Part shown: in pieces, positions 1-15,000 of the stretch
Layout of the letters: every line of letters begins with the position of its first letter
Numbering within the stretch: the first letter of the stretch is position 1
NCBI GenBank assembly: GCA_963788655.1
Contig: CAWBHS010000023.1
Coordinates: 19,053-83,052 of the forward strand
Origin: an uncultured Verrucomicrobiae bacterium
GTDB lineage: Bacteria; Verrucomicrobiota; Verrucomicrobiia; Limisphaerales; JAFGQR01
Direction: 5' to 3'
DNA length: 64,000 bases
Translations under genes and position numbers: made by a program
The notes under the pieces: model-generated
Databases searched by the model: none
What the model was told of the DNA's origin: nothing
Seen by the model: the letters and a program-made list of their open reading frames with translations, nothing else

Positions 1-3000
1 CAATTGGAACGAGTTGGGTGCTGGCAGCGCCACCGGTTTCGGCATCTCCGGTTCCGCGGCCAGCGTTCGTGATCTGGTGCTGACCACCGACGGCGCGACG
101 AAAATGGCCGCGGCCTGGACCCAACCGGTGGGCGGCAGCAGTCAGATCTACGTTAAGGAATCGACCGCCGGCGGTGCGTTCACCCAGATTGGCAACTCGG
201 CCACGGGCGGCGGCGCAAGCAATACACTTGGTGCCAGCAGCGCTCCCACAATGGCCTATCGCAGCGGTGCTTTGTTTGTAGCCTGGCAGGACGAAACCAA
301 TGTCTTCTCAGAAATCTACGCGGTGCAATACAGCAGCGGCACCCGCACGGTCATCAGCACTTCCGGCGGCGGTGTTTCCAATACCAACGGTTCTGCCACG
401 CAACCCAGCCTGGCATCCAATGGTTCCAATCTTTACCTGGCCTGGGCGGACGATACCGCCAACAGCCGCGTCGGCACGAAGATCGCGATTTATGTCCGCA
501 AGTGGAGCGGAGCATCTTTCGTTGAGGAACTGACCGGCGACGCTGCCTATTACGGGATCAGTTACACCGGCGGCATGTTGCGTTCGCTCGACCTCGCACT
601 CGACAATGCTGGCAAGCCGTTCGTGGCTTGGAACGATCAGACTGCCGGCAGTCCGCAGATTTATGTTCGCGGCAACACGTTCACGCTGACGAACATTTTC
701 ACCGCCAGCGGCGCAACCAGTGTGCAGTCGATTTTGGATGCTCTCGATCTCAATCCGGGTGATGTCATTCTGGTGACGAGTAACACCGGCGGCTTCACCG
801 TTGGCGGGAATGACGCGGGGGTGCTCATTCACATCCTGCCCACGCCGAACTTTTCCAGCGCGGTCAGCATCACGGTGGACAACGTGACGATCCAGGGCGG
901 CAACTTCACGTCCACGATCACCGCCACCAACGCCAACGGCTTCACGTTGCGCGATGCCGCCGTTTCCGACGGCGTTACCGTGAGTGGCGGTTCTAATGCG
1001 CAACTCCTACACAACCTCTTGTACGGCGCCACCGCCGTGACGCTCACTGGCGGCGCGACAAGTTCGGTCATTGAGCACAACAACATTCACGGCAGCACGA
1101 CCGGTTTGGCGATCACGGCTGGCGGTGCCACGGGTGTGGTGGTGTTCGATAACAAGTTGACGGCCGCGAACCGCCCTGGTCATCTCGGCGGCGTCCAGCG
1201 GTACGATTGAAGAAAACGTTCTCTCTGCTACCGACACCGGTTTGAACATTGCCGCGGTGTTCACTGGCCTGGTCCGCGCCAACGAAATCATGGGCGCGAA
1301 CGTCGGCGTGGCCTACAGCGCCGCGGCGACCCTAAGCGCCAACCGCATTCACGACAACGTAACGGGCGTTGTTTCCACGGTAGGTGGGAACGTCAACGGT
1401 CTGGGCTTCGTAGGTATGGCTGATCCGAATGATATTTACGCCAACACGACCGGAGTCTTGCTCACCGGCCAGATGCAAAACCAGCACGTCTTCGACAACA
1501 CGACTGGCGTCAGCGGTTCGGGCATCCTGGGCGGGACCGACGCGGCCTTGGCCAACTTGATCGAAAACAACGCCACCGGCGTTGGCAGCTTCACCGGCAC
1601 CATTCAATTCAGCCGCATCGCCCGCAACGACGTTGGCATCGCGGCCACCAATGGGCTGATCATCATTCACAACCAGGTCTATAAAAACACGTCCATTGGC
1701 ATCGCGGTGAACGCCGACACCGATGTGCGGATCGTCAGTAACACGATCTATTCGCCGCTCGGCGACAGCATCCGAATCGACGGCAGTTCCAGCAACATCG
1801 AGGTGCGGAGCAACATCGTTTGGTCCGAAACCGGTTACGGTATTTACGTCGATAACAACAGCCAAACTGGGTTCTTCAGTGATTACAATGACCTGCACGC
1901 CACGGGCACTGGCCGCGTGGCTTACTGGACGAAAGACTTCTCCGACATCCTCGACTTCCAGGCCGACGTGGCGGCGTTCGATCTGCACTCGATTGGCCGC
2001 ACCGCAGTGCATCCGCAATGGTCCGAACCGCAGTTCTACAATCGGGCGTTTGATGACTTCCGGACGTTCGACCTGGTGGCCGGGCTACGCTTCTCAAGTC
2101 CGACTGTCGATAACGCCGATCCGCTGACAGACTTGGGCGTGCCGCCGTTCGAGACGAACTTGCTGGTCAATCCAGGCTTCGAGTCCGGCCTGAATAACTG
2201 GACCGCCAACCTGAATGCCGGCACCAAGAGTTCAAGCCCGGCGCCGTTTGCGGGGAGCAGTTATTTTTACGCGGGCAACATCCAACAGGGCTTTGCGGAA
2301 CAAACGGTGAACCTGCTCAGCGCCGGTTTCACCACGACGCAATTGGATTCGCAGGATTTGGTGCTGGTGTTTGGCGGACGCGTTCAGTCGCTCAGTGAGA
2401 CCACGCTCGACCAGGGCCAGATCACAGTGGTCTTCCTCGACGGGACGGGCACGGAGATTGGCGTTGGCGGCCTCGGCACCGCGGCCAATGTGACCGATCG
2501 TTGGGAACTGATCGGCGGGCGTCTGCACCTGCCGGTGGGCACGCGCAGCATCAAGTATCGTTTCGAAGCGACCCTGAAGACCGGCAGCACCAACGACAGT
2601 TTCCTGGACGGTGCTTTTGCCTACGTGCTGAACGACACGGTCGCGCCAAACCAGGGTGCTTACGGAAATACGGTCGCTGAAAATCCCGAAACTGCCCGGG
2701 CTCATCTTTACGTTCGGTTCCCCGATCTCTACACCGATTGGGAACGCGACAAGCCGCGCCAGATTCGTTGGGAATCCTACAACAACCTCACCGAACAAAA
2801 CGTCCGCATCGACCTCTATCGGGACGATCCAGTGCATGGCCCGGCCTTCCTGCTGACGATTGCCGCTTCGACGGCCGATGACGGCGAGTTCAACTGGATT
2901 CCCTCAACCAGCGGCATCGCCTTTGCCACTTACGGATTGCGAATTGTGGTTTCCTTCGTGAACGACAATTCGGTGATCGACCGCAGTGTGGAATCCTTCA

Positions 3001-6000
3001 CCGTGCCGGAAAACGGCGACAACTATTGGGTGGACGACCGTAGCAACACCAATGACGAATACACCCCCGCGGCCATCGGCTCGAACCGCAACACCGGCAA
3101 ACTGGCCACGGCGCCCAAACCGAATCCGGTCAACGTCCTGCGAATTTACGAGCTGACCAGCGGTGCCACGTTGAACATTGACACTGGTCTGTATCCCCTC
3201 ATCTACACCGTCATTGCCACGGCGAAGGCCGACGTGGGCCTGGGATTGGATCGCGGCTTCACGATGCGCGGCCCGACTGATCCGGCGCGCGTCGCGGAAT
3301 TTGTCACCGCCATTCCCGGCAATGCCAACCAGGATTTGATTTACCTTGATGACGCCGATTTGATGCAGATCCGTTTCCTGACGCTGACCGGCGGGCGTCA
3401 TGGACTCTACGCCACGGATGCCACGAACAATCTGACCGCCGAACGGCTCACGGTTCGTGACAATGCCGGCACCGGACTGTTGCTCGACGGCAACAGCGAC
3501 TTCATCCTGCTGAAGGACATCACCGCGGACAATCACGCCGGCAACGCGGACGGCGTGGGCATCGTGGGCGGCGCCGGTGGTACGATTGAGAATCTGACCA
3601 GCAGCAACAGCCGTTATGGACTGTTCGTGTCCGCCGCGAACCTCACGTTGAACGGCGCTACCATTTACAACAACCGCGCCGCCGGCATCCGTCAGGAAAG
3701 CAACACCACCGGCACCTGGACCGACCTCGAAGTGTTTGGCAACGGCTCGGGAATCGAGTTACAGGGCAACCTCACCATTGCCAATTCGTCGGTTCACGAC
3801 AACGTGGGCAACGGCATCGATGGGATCAACAGCAGCAGTATCTTGACCCTGCAAGACTCGGCGGTGTTTGGCAACGACAACGGCGTGCTCATCCGCCGCG
3901 GCCAGATCACCGGCAGCCGCATTTATGGGAACGTGCGATCGGGCGTCTATGCGCCGTATTATCCGGTGACGCTCACCGGGAATACGATCTACTCCAACAA
4001 TTACGGCGTTTACAGCGAGGCCTACGTTTCCGGCACGTTCACCATCGCGAACAACCTGATTTACGACGACCGCCAGGCGGCGATTCGTTTCTCCAGCTAT
4101 GGACCAAGCGCCTACGAGGTGGTGAACAATACGATCTTCGAGGCGCTGGCCGACGGCTTGTATGCCACCACGTCGGACAACATCCATCTGCGGAACAACA
4201 TTATCTGGGTGCAGACCGGGTATGGGTTGCGCATCGGCAACGAAAGTCAGAACGATTTCACCAGCGACTACAACCTGCTCTATGCCACCGGCACCGGGAA
4301 GGTCGGTTATTGGCAGGGCGACCGGGCAACGTTGACCGCCTGGCAATTTGCCAATTTCCGCGACGGCAACAGTCTCAGCTCCGATCCGTTGTTTGTGAAT
4401 GCCACCGGAGCGGACGGCATCCTGGGCGCGCCGAACTTGCAAGGCCTGACGGCGACCTTCTACATCGGCAACACCCTGGCGGCGTTGGCCGGCGTTCCGG
4501 CGGTGACGCGCACGGATCGGCAGGTGAATTTCGAAGGCTACGGCGTACCCGATAACGCGCTGCCGAATGACAACTGGGCCGGCCGTTGGACCGGTTGGTT
4601 GAAGGCCGACGTGGCGGGCAGTTACACGATTTACATCGATTCCCAGGGACCGCAACGGTTGTCCATCGACGGCAGTGTGGTGATCGACGATGCGGTCGGA
4701 GCGAGTGAACAAAGCTACACGTTCAACGTGGCCGCGCCGGGATTGATCCCTATCACTTATGAGATGGTGGACAACAGCAGCTTTGCCCGGGCGCGGCTGC
4801 AGTGGGCGACGCCACAGACCGGCGGCACGCGCGAACTGATTCAACCGGGCAATCTGCTCACCAGCACCAGCTCGACCAACGGTGCCGACGATAATTTCCA
4901 TCTGCAATCGCTCTACGGCAGCTTCAAGCCCGGCAGCGGTTATTCCAACGACGCGGCCAGCAGTCCGGCAATTGATCGCGGGCGCCCGGGCGATTCGTTT
5001 GCCAACGAACCATTGGCCAACGGGGGATATATCAACCTGGGCGCCTACGGCAACACGGCCACCGCCTCGAAGAGTCCGGCGCAATACATCCTGGTCACCA
5101 ACCCGAACGGCGGTGATCGGTTGCCGCAGAAGACCAGCTACGAAATCCGCTGGCGGTCGGACGGGTTCACCGGCAACGTGCGCCTCGAGTATTCCACCAG
5201 CGGTGCCGGCGGATCGTTCCAAGACCTGGCGGCCAACGAGCCTAACGACGGCAGCTTTACCTGGACGATCAGCCAGGCCACCTACCCGGTGTCCGATCAA
5301 TACGTGATTCGCATCAGTTCGGTAGGCGCACCGGCGATCACCGACCAGACCGATGCGGTGTTCAGCGTCATCCCGCCGATTTCCAATTACTATGTGAACG
5401 ACAACTCGACGTTGGGCGACGTGTACACGACAGCGGTGGGCGATGACGCCAACGACGGATTGACGCCCGCTACGCCCAAGGCCAGCATTCGCGCGATTCT
5501 GGAAACCTACGACTTGGAGTACACGGACACCATTTTCGTCGATACCGGCTATTACTTCCTCACTGAAAACATCCTCATCACCAACCCGGATTCCGGCGTG
5601 ATCATCCGGGGTCCCGACGGCGTGGTGCCGCTGAGCACGTTCTACAGCGACCGCGTGCTGGAGGATAATCCGCTGGCGTATTTCCGATTCGGCGAACCCA
5701 ACGGCACGACCGCCACCGATGCCTCGGGCAACGGGTTGGACGGCACCTACGTCAACGGCGTCACGCTGGGTATCGCGGGCGCCCTGCCGAATTCGACGGA
5801 CACGGCGGCGCAGTTTGATGGCGTGGATGACTACGTGGATTTGCCCGATGGATTTGCCGACTTCACCAACGGGCTGACGCTGGAGATTTGGATCTATCCC
5901 ACCCAGGCCGATACCTATTCACGCCTGTTTGACTTCGGCAACGGTCAGAACAGCGACAACATCATCCTGGCCCGCCGGAGCACGACCAATGACCTGACGT

Positions 6001-9000
6001 TGCAGGTCTGGAACAACACCACGGCGGGGGCCATGTTGACGGCTTCCGGCGTGCTCGAGTTCAACAAATGGCAGCACTTTGTGGCCACGATTGACAACAC
6101 TGGCGCCGCGCAGATTTTCAAGAACGGCCTGCTGGTTGCTTCGGGCAACGTCACCGCGCCGCGCAACGTGACGCGCACCAGCAATTATATCGCCCGGAGC
6201 AACTGGACCACGCCGGATGAATACTACACCGGCAGTTTCGATGAGGCGGCGATTTATGATCATGTTCTCACCGCGCAACGAATAGCCACGCATTATTACA
6301 GCGCGACCGGGCAAAGTGCCGTGTTGGACCGCGCCAATAGCAACAGCGGCAAATACGTGTTCGAACTCGACAATGCGGACGCGGTCACGCTGTCGAATCT
6401 TTCCATCACCGGCGGCTACGACGGCATCAACATCAATCACGGCTCGATCCTCTTCACGCTCGAAAACTCGACCGTCTATAACAATGCCAATGCCGGTCTG
6501 AACATCCAGGATGCCGCGTCCGCCAATCCCACCATTCGCGACAGCGTGTTCTACGGCGATTTGAGCGCGGGCGCCAGTGGCGATCAGAATTATGGGGTCT
6601 ATTCAAAAGGTCAGGATCCCACGGTATTGCGCAACCAGGCCTATCACCTGAACGGCCGCAGCAGTTACGGCATTTATCTCGATAACGCCGGCACCAACGT
6701 CGTGGCGCGCGACAACTTGCTCTTCAACAACTCGACGACCGGCCTGACGATCATTGCCCAAAGTTTCGAGTCTTCCGGCAATGTGGCCTATAATAACGAC
6801 CGCGGCTTCTATTACGAAGACACTACGGGGTCGCAGGTGGCGACGGTGCATGACGATCTGGCCTTCGGCAACGGCACCGGTTTCGAACTCCGTGGTGCGG
6901 GCGAATACTACGATCTGAATGCCCACGACAACGGCACCGGCTTCTACGCGCCGAATGCCGCGCTGACGGGTATCGTCCACGACATCACCAGTTGGGCCAA
7001 TACGACCGGCATCAGTTGGAACAGTGGCACGCTTCAAAATGCGCGCGTCTTCGGCAACACCGGCACCGGCTTGGTTCTCAACTACGGTGCTTGGACTGTC
7101 ACCGGTGTGACGGCCTACAACAACGCGACCGGCATCCACTCGCAGGGCTATCACAGCAATAACACCCTGGCGAACAACCTCGTCTATGACAACCGCGACC
7201 GCGGCATCTGGCTCGACGACGCGCAATCGAGCAGCGGCACCCTCTTCTTCACCAACAACACCGTGATGGAACTGAACGCCGACGCGGTGGAGATCACCGG
7301 CAACAGCCAGAATGTGCAGTTGAAGAACAACGTCCTGTGGGCCGGCGGCGCGGGACATTATGTGGTGCGGGTGGCGGACACCGCCCAGCGCGGATTCAGC
7401 AGCGACTACAACCTGTTCCGGTTTACGGACGGCGCCCAATTCGGTTTCTGGCAAAGCGGCTTTGCGACGTTGGCGGATTGGCGTTACGAACTCGGCTTTG
7501 ATACCCATTCGGTGGCCACCGATCCGTTGTTTGTCGATCCCGCTGGCGCCGATGGCATTCGCGGTTACCAGGAGTTTGCCGGCTTGATGTTCGAATATTT
7601 CCCGAACGCGACCTTCAACGGCGCCCCAACGGTGACGCTCATTGATCGCAGTATTTCCTTTGGCAGCTACTTCGGCGCCTTTCGGAATTTCGCGGGCCAG
7701 CCCAGCGACAACCAATCCTTCCGGTGGAGCGGCGAGATCTATTTGTCCACCGCCGGCAGTTACACGTTCTACATTAATTCCTCCGGTCCACAACGGCTGA
7801 CGCTGGGTGGCAACCTGTTGATCGACGACTTCAGCAATCCCTCGAACACCGAGCAACATGCCACCTACACCGCGGCCACGCCGGGGTGGGTCAGCATCCT
7901 GTACGAAGTGGTTGATCCCGCTGGCGGCAGCGGCACGCAGGCTAGTCTCGATTGGACCACGCCCGATAACCCGGTCCGCCGGACGGTGCGCGCCGAAGAG
8001 ACCGCCTATGCGGCGGGCGGCGGCGCGGCGCTCGATCATCTGGTGCTCCGTTACCAGTCCGACACGCCCAGTTACGGATTGGATGACGACTTCCATCTGT
8101 CGTCCACTGCGGGCAGTTGGCATGGTGGTATTTTCGCCGCGGACGCGGTGGATTCCCCGGCCATCGACCTGGGCGACTTGGCATCGCCGTACGCGAACGA
8201 GAGCAATCCCAACGGCGGCCGCATCAATCTGGGCTTCGAAGGCAACACGGAACAAGCCTCACGCTCGCGTTCTCCATACTTGCAACTCCTTTCGCCCAAT
8301 GGCTTCGAGAAGACCCGCATCAACGGTGGCATGATCATTCAATGGCGCACGCTGGGCGACTTGCCGTTCGTCGATATTGCCGTGAGCCTGGATGGCGGCG
8401 CGCACTTCACCACGATTGCGGCGGGCGAAACCAATGACGGCGACTTCGCCTGGAATCCAACCACGGCGTCGAACCAGGCGCTGATCCGCATTTCCAGCAC
8501 GCTCGATCCGTCCATCAGCGACACCTCCGACAACTTCTTCACCATCGGTGCGGCGGGAACGGTCTATTATGTGAACGACAACGCGCAGGCGGGTGACTTC
8601 TACTCGCTGGCCGTCGGCGACAATGCCAACTCCGGCACCACGCCCAGTGATCCGATGAAATCCGTTAACGCCGTGCTGGGCGCCTACGATCTTGAACCGG
8701 GCGACATCATTTATGTGGATACCGGTTACTATCCGCTCTCGACGAATATTCGGATCACCGCCGCGGATGCCGGCGTGAGCATTCTTGGCCCGACCACCAG
8801 CACCGGCTTGGGCGCGGCGTACGAGTCGGCCGTGCTGGCGGATGCGCCCCTGGCCTATTACCGGCTGGGCGAAAGCAGCGGCACGATCGCTGCGGATGCT
8901 TCCGGGCACGGACTGGATGCCAGCTACGTGAACGGCGTCAGCTTGGGCGGGCCGGGCGCGCTGAATGGTTCCTCCGACACGGCCGCCCAATTCGATGGCA

Positions 9001-12000
9001 ATGATGATTACGTGGATTTGCCGGATGGCTTTGCTGACTTCACCAACGGGGTGACTTTGGAAATCTGGATCTATCCGACGGCGAACGCCCAATGGTCGCG
9101 TTTGTTCGATCTCGGGAATGGCACGGCCAGTGACAATATTTTGTTGAGCCGATACACCACCAACAACGACCTCTATCTCCAGATTTACAACGGCGGCAGC
9201 GCCGGCGGCAATCTGCGCGCGTCCGGCATCCTCGACTACAACCGCTGGCAGCACATCGTGGCCACGGTGGATGCGTCCGGCAACGCGCGCATTTACCGGG
9301 ACGGGGTGCTGTGGACCAGCGGCACGATCAACGCCCCGAACAATGTGAGCCGCACGAGCAGCTTCATTGGCCGGGGCAACAGTTCCGATCCCTATTTTGC
9401 CGGCGGCTTGGACGAGGCGGCGGTTTACAACTACGTGTTGCCAGTGGACCGCATCGCGCAACACTACTTTGCTGGTATCGGCCAGGGGGCCGTGTTGGAC
9501 CGGGCCAACACCTCGAGTGGCGCCTTTGCGTTTGAACTGAACAACGCCGATAATGTCCGCTTCGATTACCTGGGCATCACTGGCGGCTACGACGGCATCA
9601 ACGTCAGCAATGGTTCCGCAAACTTCACGCTCCAGCATTCGCGCGTGTTCAACAACGCCAACAGCGGACTGAACATCCAGGATGCCGCCTCGGCGAACCC
9701 GGTGCTAACCGACAACGAGTTCTACGGCGACCTGGCCCTGGGCAGCGGCAGCGACCAGAATTACGGCGTCTTCTCCCGGGGCCTGGATCCCACGGTGTTG
9801 CGCAACCGCGCTTATCATTTGAATGGCTCCACCGGCTACGGCATTGACCTGGAAAATGCCGGCACCAACGTGCTGGTCCAGGACAACGTGGTGTTCAACA
9901 ATTCCAATGCCGGACTGTCCGTTTCAGCGTCGGCCTTTGACATCACCGGCAACGTGGCCTTTGACAATGGCACGGGTTTCGATTTCAACGACACCACCGC
10001 GCCGTTGGTGGGCCAGTCGCACGACAATGTGGCTTACAATAACAGCACCGGCTTCCGCCTGGCAGGCTCAGGTGAGTTTTACCACGAAATGGCCCACGAC
10101 AATGGCGCCGGCTTCCTGGTGAGCAACGGCGCGCTCGATGGAGTGGTCCACGACATCACGAGTTGGCACAACACCACGGGCATCAATTGGAACAGCGGCA
10201 CGCTTCGCAACGCGCGCGTCTATGGTAACCTCGGCACCGGCATTTACCTGGGCTACGGCAATTGGACCGTGACCAACAACGTGGTGTACGACAACTACAC
10301 CGGGATCCATTCGCAGGGCTATCACAGCAACAACACGCTCGCCAACAACCTGGTCTATGACAACCGGGACCGCGGCATCCTGTTGGATGACGTGCAGACC
10401 AGCAGCGGCACCTTGTTCGTCACCAACAACACGGTGATGGAACTGGATGCCGACGTGATCCAGATCACCGGCAACAGTCAGAACGTCCAACTGCGGAACA
10501 ACGTCCTCTGGTCCGGTGGCGCCGGCCACTATGTGCTCAACGTGGCCAACACCGCCCAACGCAGTTTCAGCAGCGATTACAACCTGCTCTATTTCACCGA
10601 CGGCGCGAAGCTGGCGTACTGGCAGAACGATTTCAATACGCTGGCCGACTGGCGTTACGAATTGGGCTTCGATCTCAATTCGCTGAACACCGATCCGTTG
10701 TTCGTCGATCCGGACGGCGCCGACAACGTGCGCGGCTACCAGGATTACACCGGCTTGCAGTTCGAATATTTCGCCAACGGCACCGGCGACTTTGGCGGCA
10801 CCCCGGCGGTGACGTTGATTGATCGCTCGGTCAATTTCAGCTCCACCAACAGCGCCTTCCGGGGCTTGGCCGGCCAGCCATCGGACAATCAAAGCTACCG
10901 GTGGACAGGCGAAATCTACTTGCCCGTTGCCGGCACTTACAATTTCTGGATCACGTCCCAGGGACCGCAACGGCTGACCATCGACGGCACCCCGATCATC
11001 GACGACTACAGCTTGTCGGCGAGTACAGGCGTCGAGCAAACCGGCGCCTACACGGCGGCGGGTGCCGGATGGGTGAGCCTCAGCTACGAAGTGGTCGATC
11101 CCGCATCTGGTGGCGCTACGATGGCGCGCCTCGAATGGAGCACGCCCGACTTACCGCAACGCCGCGTGATCCGCGCCGTGGAAGCGCTCCCCGGCACGCC
11201 GGAGCGGGTCGTGTTGCGCTACAACACTGCGGCCGCCACGACCGGAGTGGATGACAATTTCCACCTGCAATCGTCTTACGGCAGTTACCGGCCGGCCACG
11301 ATGAGCTTTGTGAACGATGCCCTCAGTTCGCCGGCCATTGACGCCGGTGACCTCACGTCCGCTTACGCGAACGAACTTGCGCCCAACGGTGGCCGCATCA
11401 ATTTGGGCTACGAAGGCAACACGGCGGAAGCGTCACATTCCTCCGACCAGATCCTCCAATTGCTCTCCTTCATCGGCGGCGAAAAAGTGCGCCAGGGCGA
11501 AGCCTCGTTGATCCGCTGGCGGTCGTCCGGTATTGGCGCCGTGGACCTGTGGTTCAGTGCTAACAGTGGTGCCACTTGGACTTTGCTGGCTGACGACGAA
11601 CCGAATGACGGCGTGTTTGCCTGGAATCCGGCGACGTCCACCCTGCACGGCCGGTTGCGCATCAGTGCGGGCACCGTGACCGACTTCAATTCGCCGGACG
11701 CCGTTTTCGACGTCTCGGAAGCCGACTTCACGGTGGGTGCGGCGGGCAATCTTTACTACGTGAATGACGCGCTCACTGCGGGCGATCAATACACCACGGC
11801 GATTGGCGACAATGCCAATTCAGGCACCACCCCGGCGGACCCGATGTCCTCGCTCAACGCCGTCCTCAACGTCTATGACCTGGGAGCGGGCGACGTGATC
11901 TATGTGGATACGGGGTATTATCCGCTGCCTACGAACGTTCGTATCACGGCGTCGGATTCCGGCGTGACGGTGCAAGGCCCAACCACCAATGTGAGCGGCA

Positions 12001-15000
12001 GCTCGAACTACCCGCAAGTCGTGCTGGACGATGCGCCGGTGTTCTACTACCGCCTGGACGAGAGCAGCGGCACGACCGCTGTGGATCTTTCCGGCAACAA
12101 CAATGCCGGCACGTACGTGAATGGCGTGCAATTGGGCCAGCCCGGCGCCCTGACCAACAACACGGCCATTGGCCTCGACGGCGTCAACGACTACGTGCTT
12201 TTGCCGGACGGCTTCAACAGTTTCGCGAACGGCTTCTCCTTCGAGTTCTGGGCCTATCCAACCAGCACGGGGAGCTACCAACGGTTCCTCGATCTGGGCG
12301 CTGGCCAGGCAGCGAACAACATCATCGTGTATCGCCGTTCGACGACCACCGACCTCGCTGTGAACGTGTATAACGGCTCAACCGCCAGCTCCGAAGTGGT
12401 CGCCAGCGGCGTGCTGGAATTGAACCGTTGGCAGCATTTCGCGATTACCATGGACCCGAGTGGCTTGGCTCGCATTTACAAGGACGGCGTGCTCGTAGCT
12501 TCCGGTCAGACCGGCGTGCCGAACGACGTCAACCGCACGAGCAATTTCGTCGGCCGCAGCAATTGGTCCACCGACGCGAACTATGCGGGCGGCTTGGACG
12601 AAGTCGCGCTGTATGATCATGTGCTCAGTGCGGAACGCGTCGCAATCCATTATGGCGTGGCCACGGCGCAAGGGGCGCTGCTGGATCGCATCAACGTGGT
12701 CACGGGCCGCTATGCGCTCGAGTTGGCCAGTGCGCAGAATGTCACGGTGCGGAACCTGGGCTTCACCGGCGGCGAATGGGGCTTCGTGGCCAACAATGCC
12801 GACGGTCTGCGGCTGTACGATTCCCTGGCCTTTAACAATGCTGCCGGTGGGTTCTACGTGAACACCGACGTGGCCGATGTGGTGGTGTCAGGCAACGAAG
12901 CGTATGGCCGGACGGGCAATTCCAATAAAGACCAGAACATTGGCTTCCAATTGCGCGGCGACCAGATGGTGATCGTCAACAACCGCGCTTACAAAGTCGG
13001 GGCCCAATTGGGTGACGGCATTGACGTGGACAGCGCCGATGACCTGGTCTTCCACGACAACCTGGCCTACAACAACGTCAATGGCATCAGCATCAGCACC
13101 TCGCAAGGCGACGTTTATGCCAACGAGGCGCGCGACAATGACCGCGGCATTTACGTGGACGATTCGAATGGCAACGCCCGCACCCAGGTGCATGACAATT
13201 TCTCGCACGACAACGACGCCCAGGGATTCTACTTGGACGACAATGTCGAGGCCTACAACAACACGGCCCAACTCAACGGCGGCGACGGATTCTTCATCAA
13301 TAACGACAACACGCTGGTCCGCAACAATTACTCCCAACAGAACGCCACGGGCATTCACGCCCGTTACGGCCAGGTCATTCAAAACCGCGTGGTCGGCAAC
13401 ACCGGCGCGGGAATTTACACCGATTACACCGGCGTTTTCATCAGCGGCAACAGCGTGTATGGCAATACCCGCGGGCATCGAGATCACCAATTACACCGGC
13501 GCTTCCACCGTGCAAAACAACCTGGTCTATGACAACACCAACTTCGGCATATACGTTCACGGTGCCGGCACCAGCGGCAACCTCGGCACGCGCGTGATCA
13601 ACAACACCGTTCACCACGAAGTGGGCAGCGCCATCCGCTTGGAAAACAACGGCAACAACGTGGTGCTCTACAACAACCTCATTTATATCAACGGTGGTTT
13701 GGGCCTCGAAGTCATTGGCAACGTCACCGGGTATGACAGCAATTACAACGACATCTTCCCGGCTCGCGTCGGCGCCAACGTGGGCAAATACCTCAGCCAG
13801 CCCAATTCCGCCACCCTGGCCGATTGGCAGACCGCCTCCGGCAAGGATGCGAACAGTCAGTCCGCCGATCCGCTTTTCATCGACATCAATGGCGGCGATA
13901 ACATTCTGGGCTGGGAGCAGCCGGACCCGCAAAGCCAGTTTGCTGACTTCGGATCTGGACGACAATTTCCACTTGAAACGCGGTTCGCCCGCCATCGACA
14001 CCGCGGATGGCGAAGTGGGACCGGCCCAGGATGCCGATGGCAACAATCGCGTGGATGATTTGGGCACGTTGAACACCGGCAACGGCGTCTTCCGGTTCTA
14101 CGACTTGGGCGCATTCGAATTCGTCGGGTCCAGTTCCGATGTCACCCCGCCGGTGGTGACGGCGCTGGTGCCGGTGGGCCTGGTGGACAATGCGGTGCTC
14201 GACAGCGGATTTGACCGGTTGATCATCCGGTTCAGCGAGCCGTTGGATGCCGTCAGCGCCCGCAGTTTGTCGCTGTATCATCTGGTCGAAGCGGGTTCCG
14301 ATGACAGCTTTGACACCGGCGATGACGTGCCGGTGAGCTTGGTGGCTGCCAATTATACCACCGGCGACATTGAGGTGACGCTGGTGTTTGGCGCGTCGCT
14401 TGGCCAGGGACGCTACCGGCTCACGCTGGGCACCACGACCGAGGTGCTGGTGGACCGCGCCGGCAACGCCTTGGACGGCGATAACAACGGCACGCCAGGC
14501 GGGAATTTTGTGCGCCATTTCCGCATCAACCTGGCGCCGTCGGTTCTCGGTACCACGATCAACGATGGTTCGGTTCAGCGCTCGCGGATCAGCAGCGTGA
14601 CCGTGCAGTTCAGCGAAAACGTCAGCGCCAGTTTGGCGGCGGGTGACTTCCTTTTCAGCAATTTGACCACCGCGACGGACATCAACTCGCTCAATATCTC
14701 GCTGGCTTACGATCCGGTCCACCAACCGCGCAACGCTCACTTTCCCCGGATTGCCGGGCCAGAGACTTCCCGGATGGCAATTACCGCCTCACCATCACCG
14801 CTGCCAACGTGACGGATGTTGACGGCAAACCGCTAACGGCTGATTACACTTATCAATTCTTTGTGCTGACTGGCGATGTCAACGCCGACCGGGTCGTGAA
14901 TGATCGCGACCTGTACGCAGTCTGGCAGAACCTCCTCAAACCGGCCGCGGCTCGGGATTTGAATGCCGACCTCGATGGCGACAGCCAGGTGACGCAAACG

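Noticed and set aside
3759..11039. Long minus-strand ORFs within the giant gene
   Set aside because: Antisense shadows caused by codon bias.
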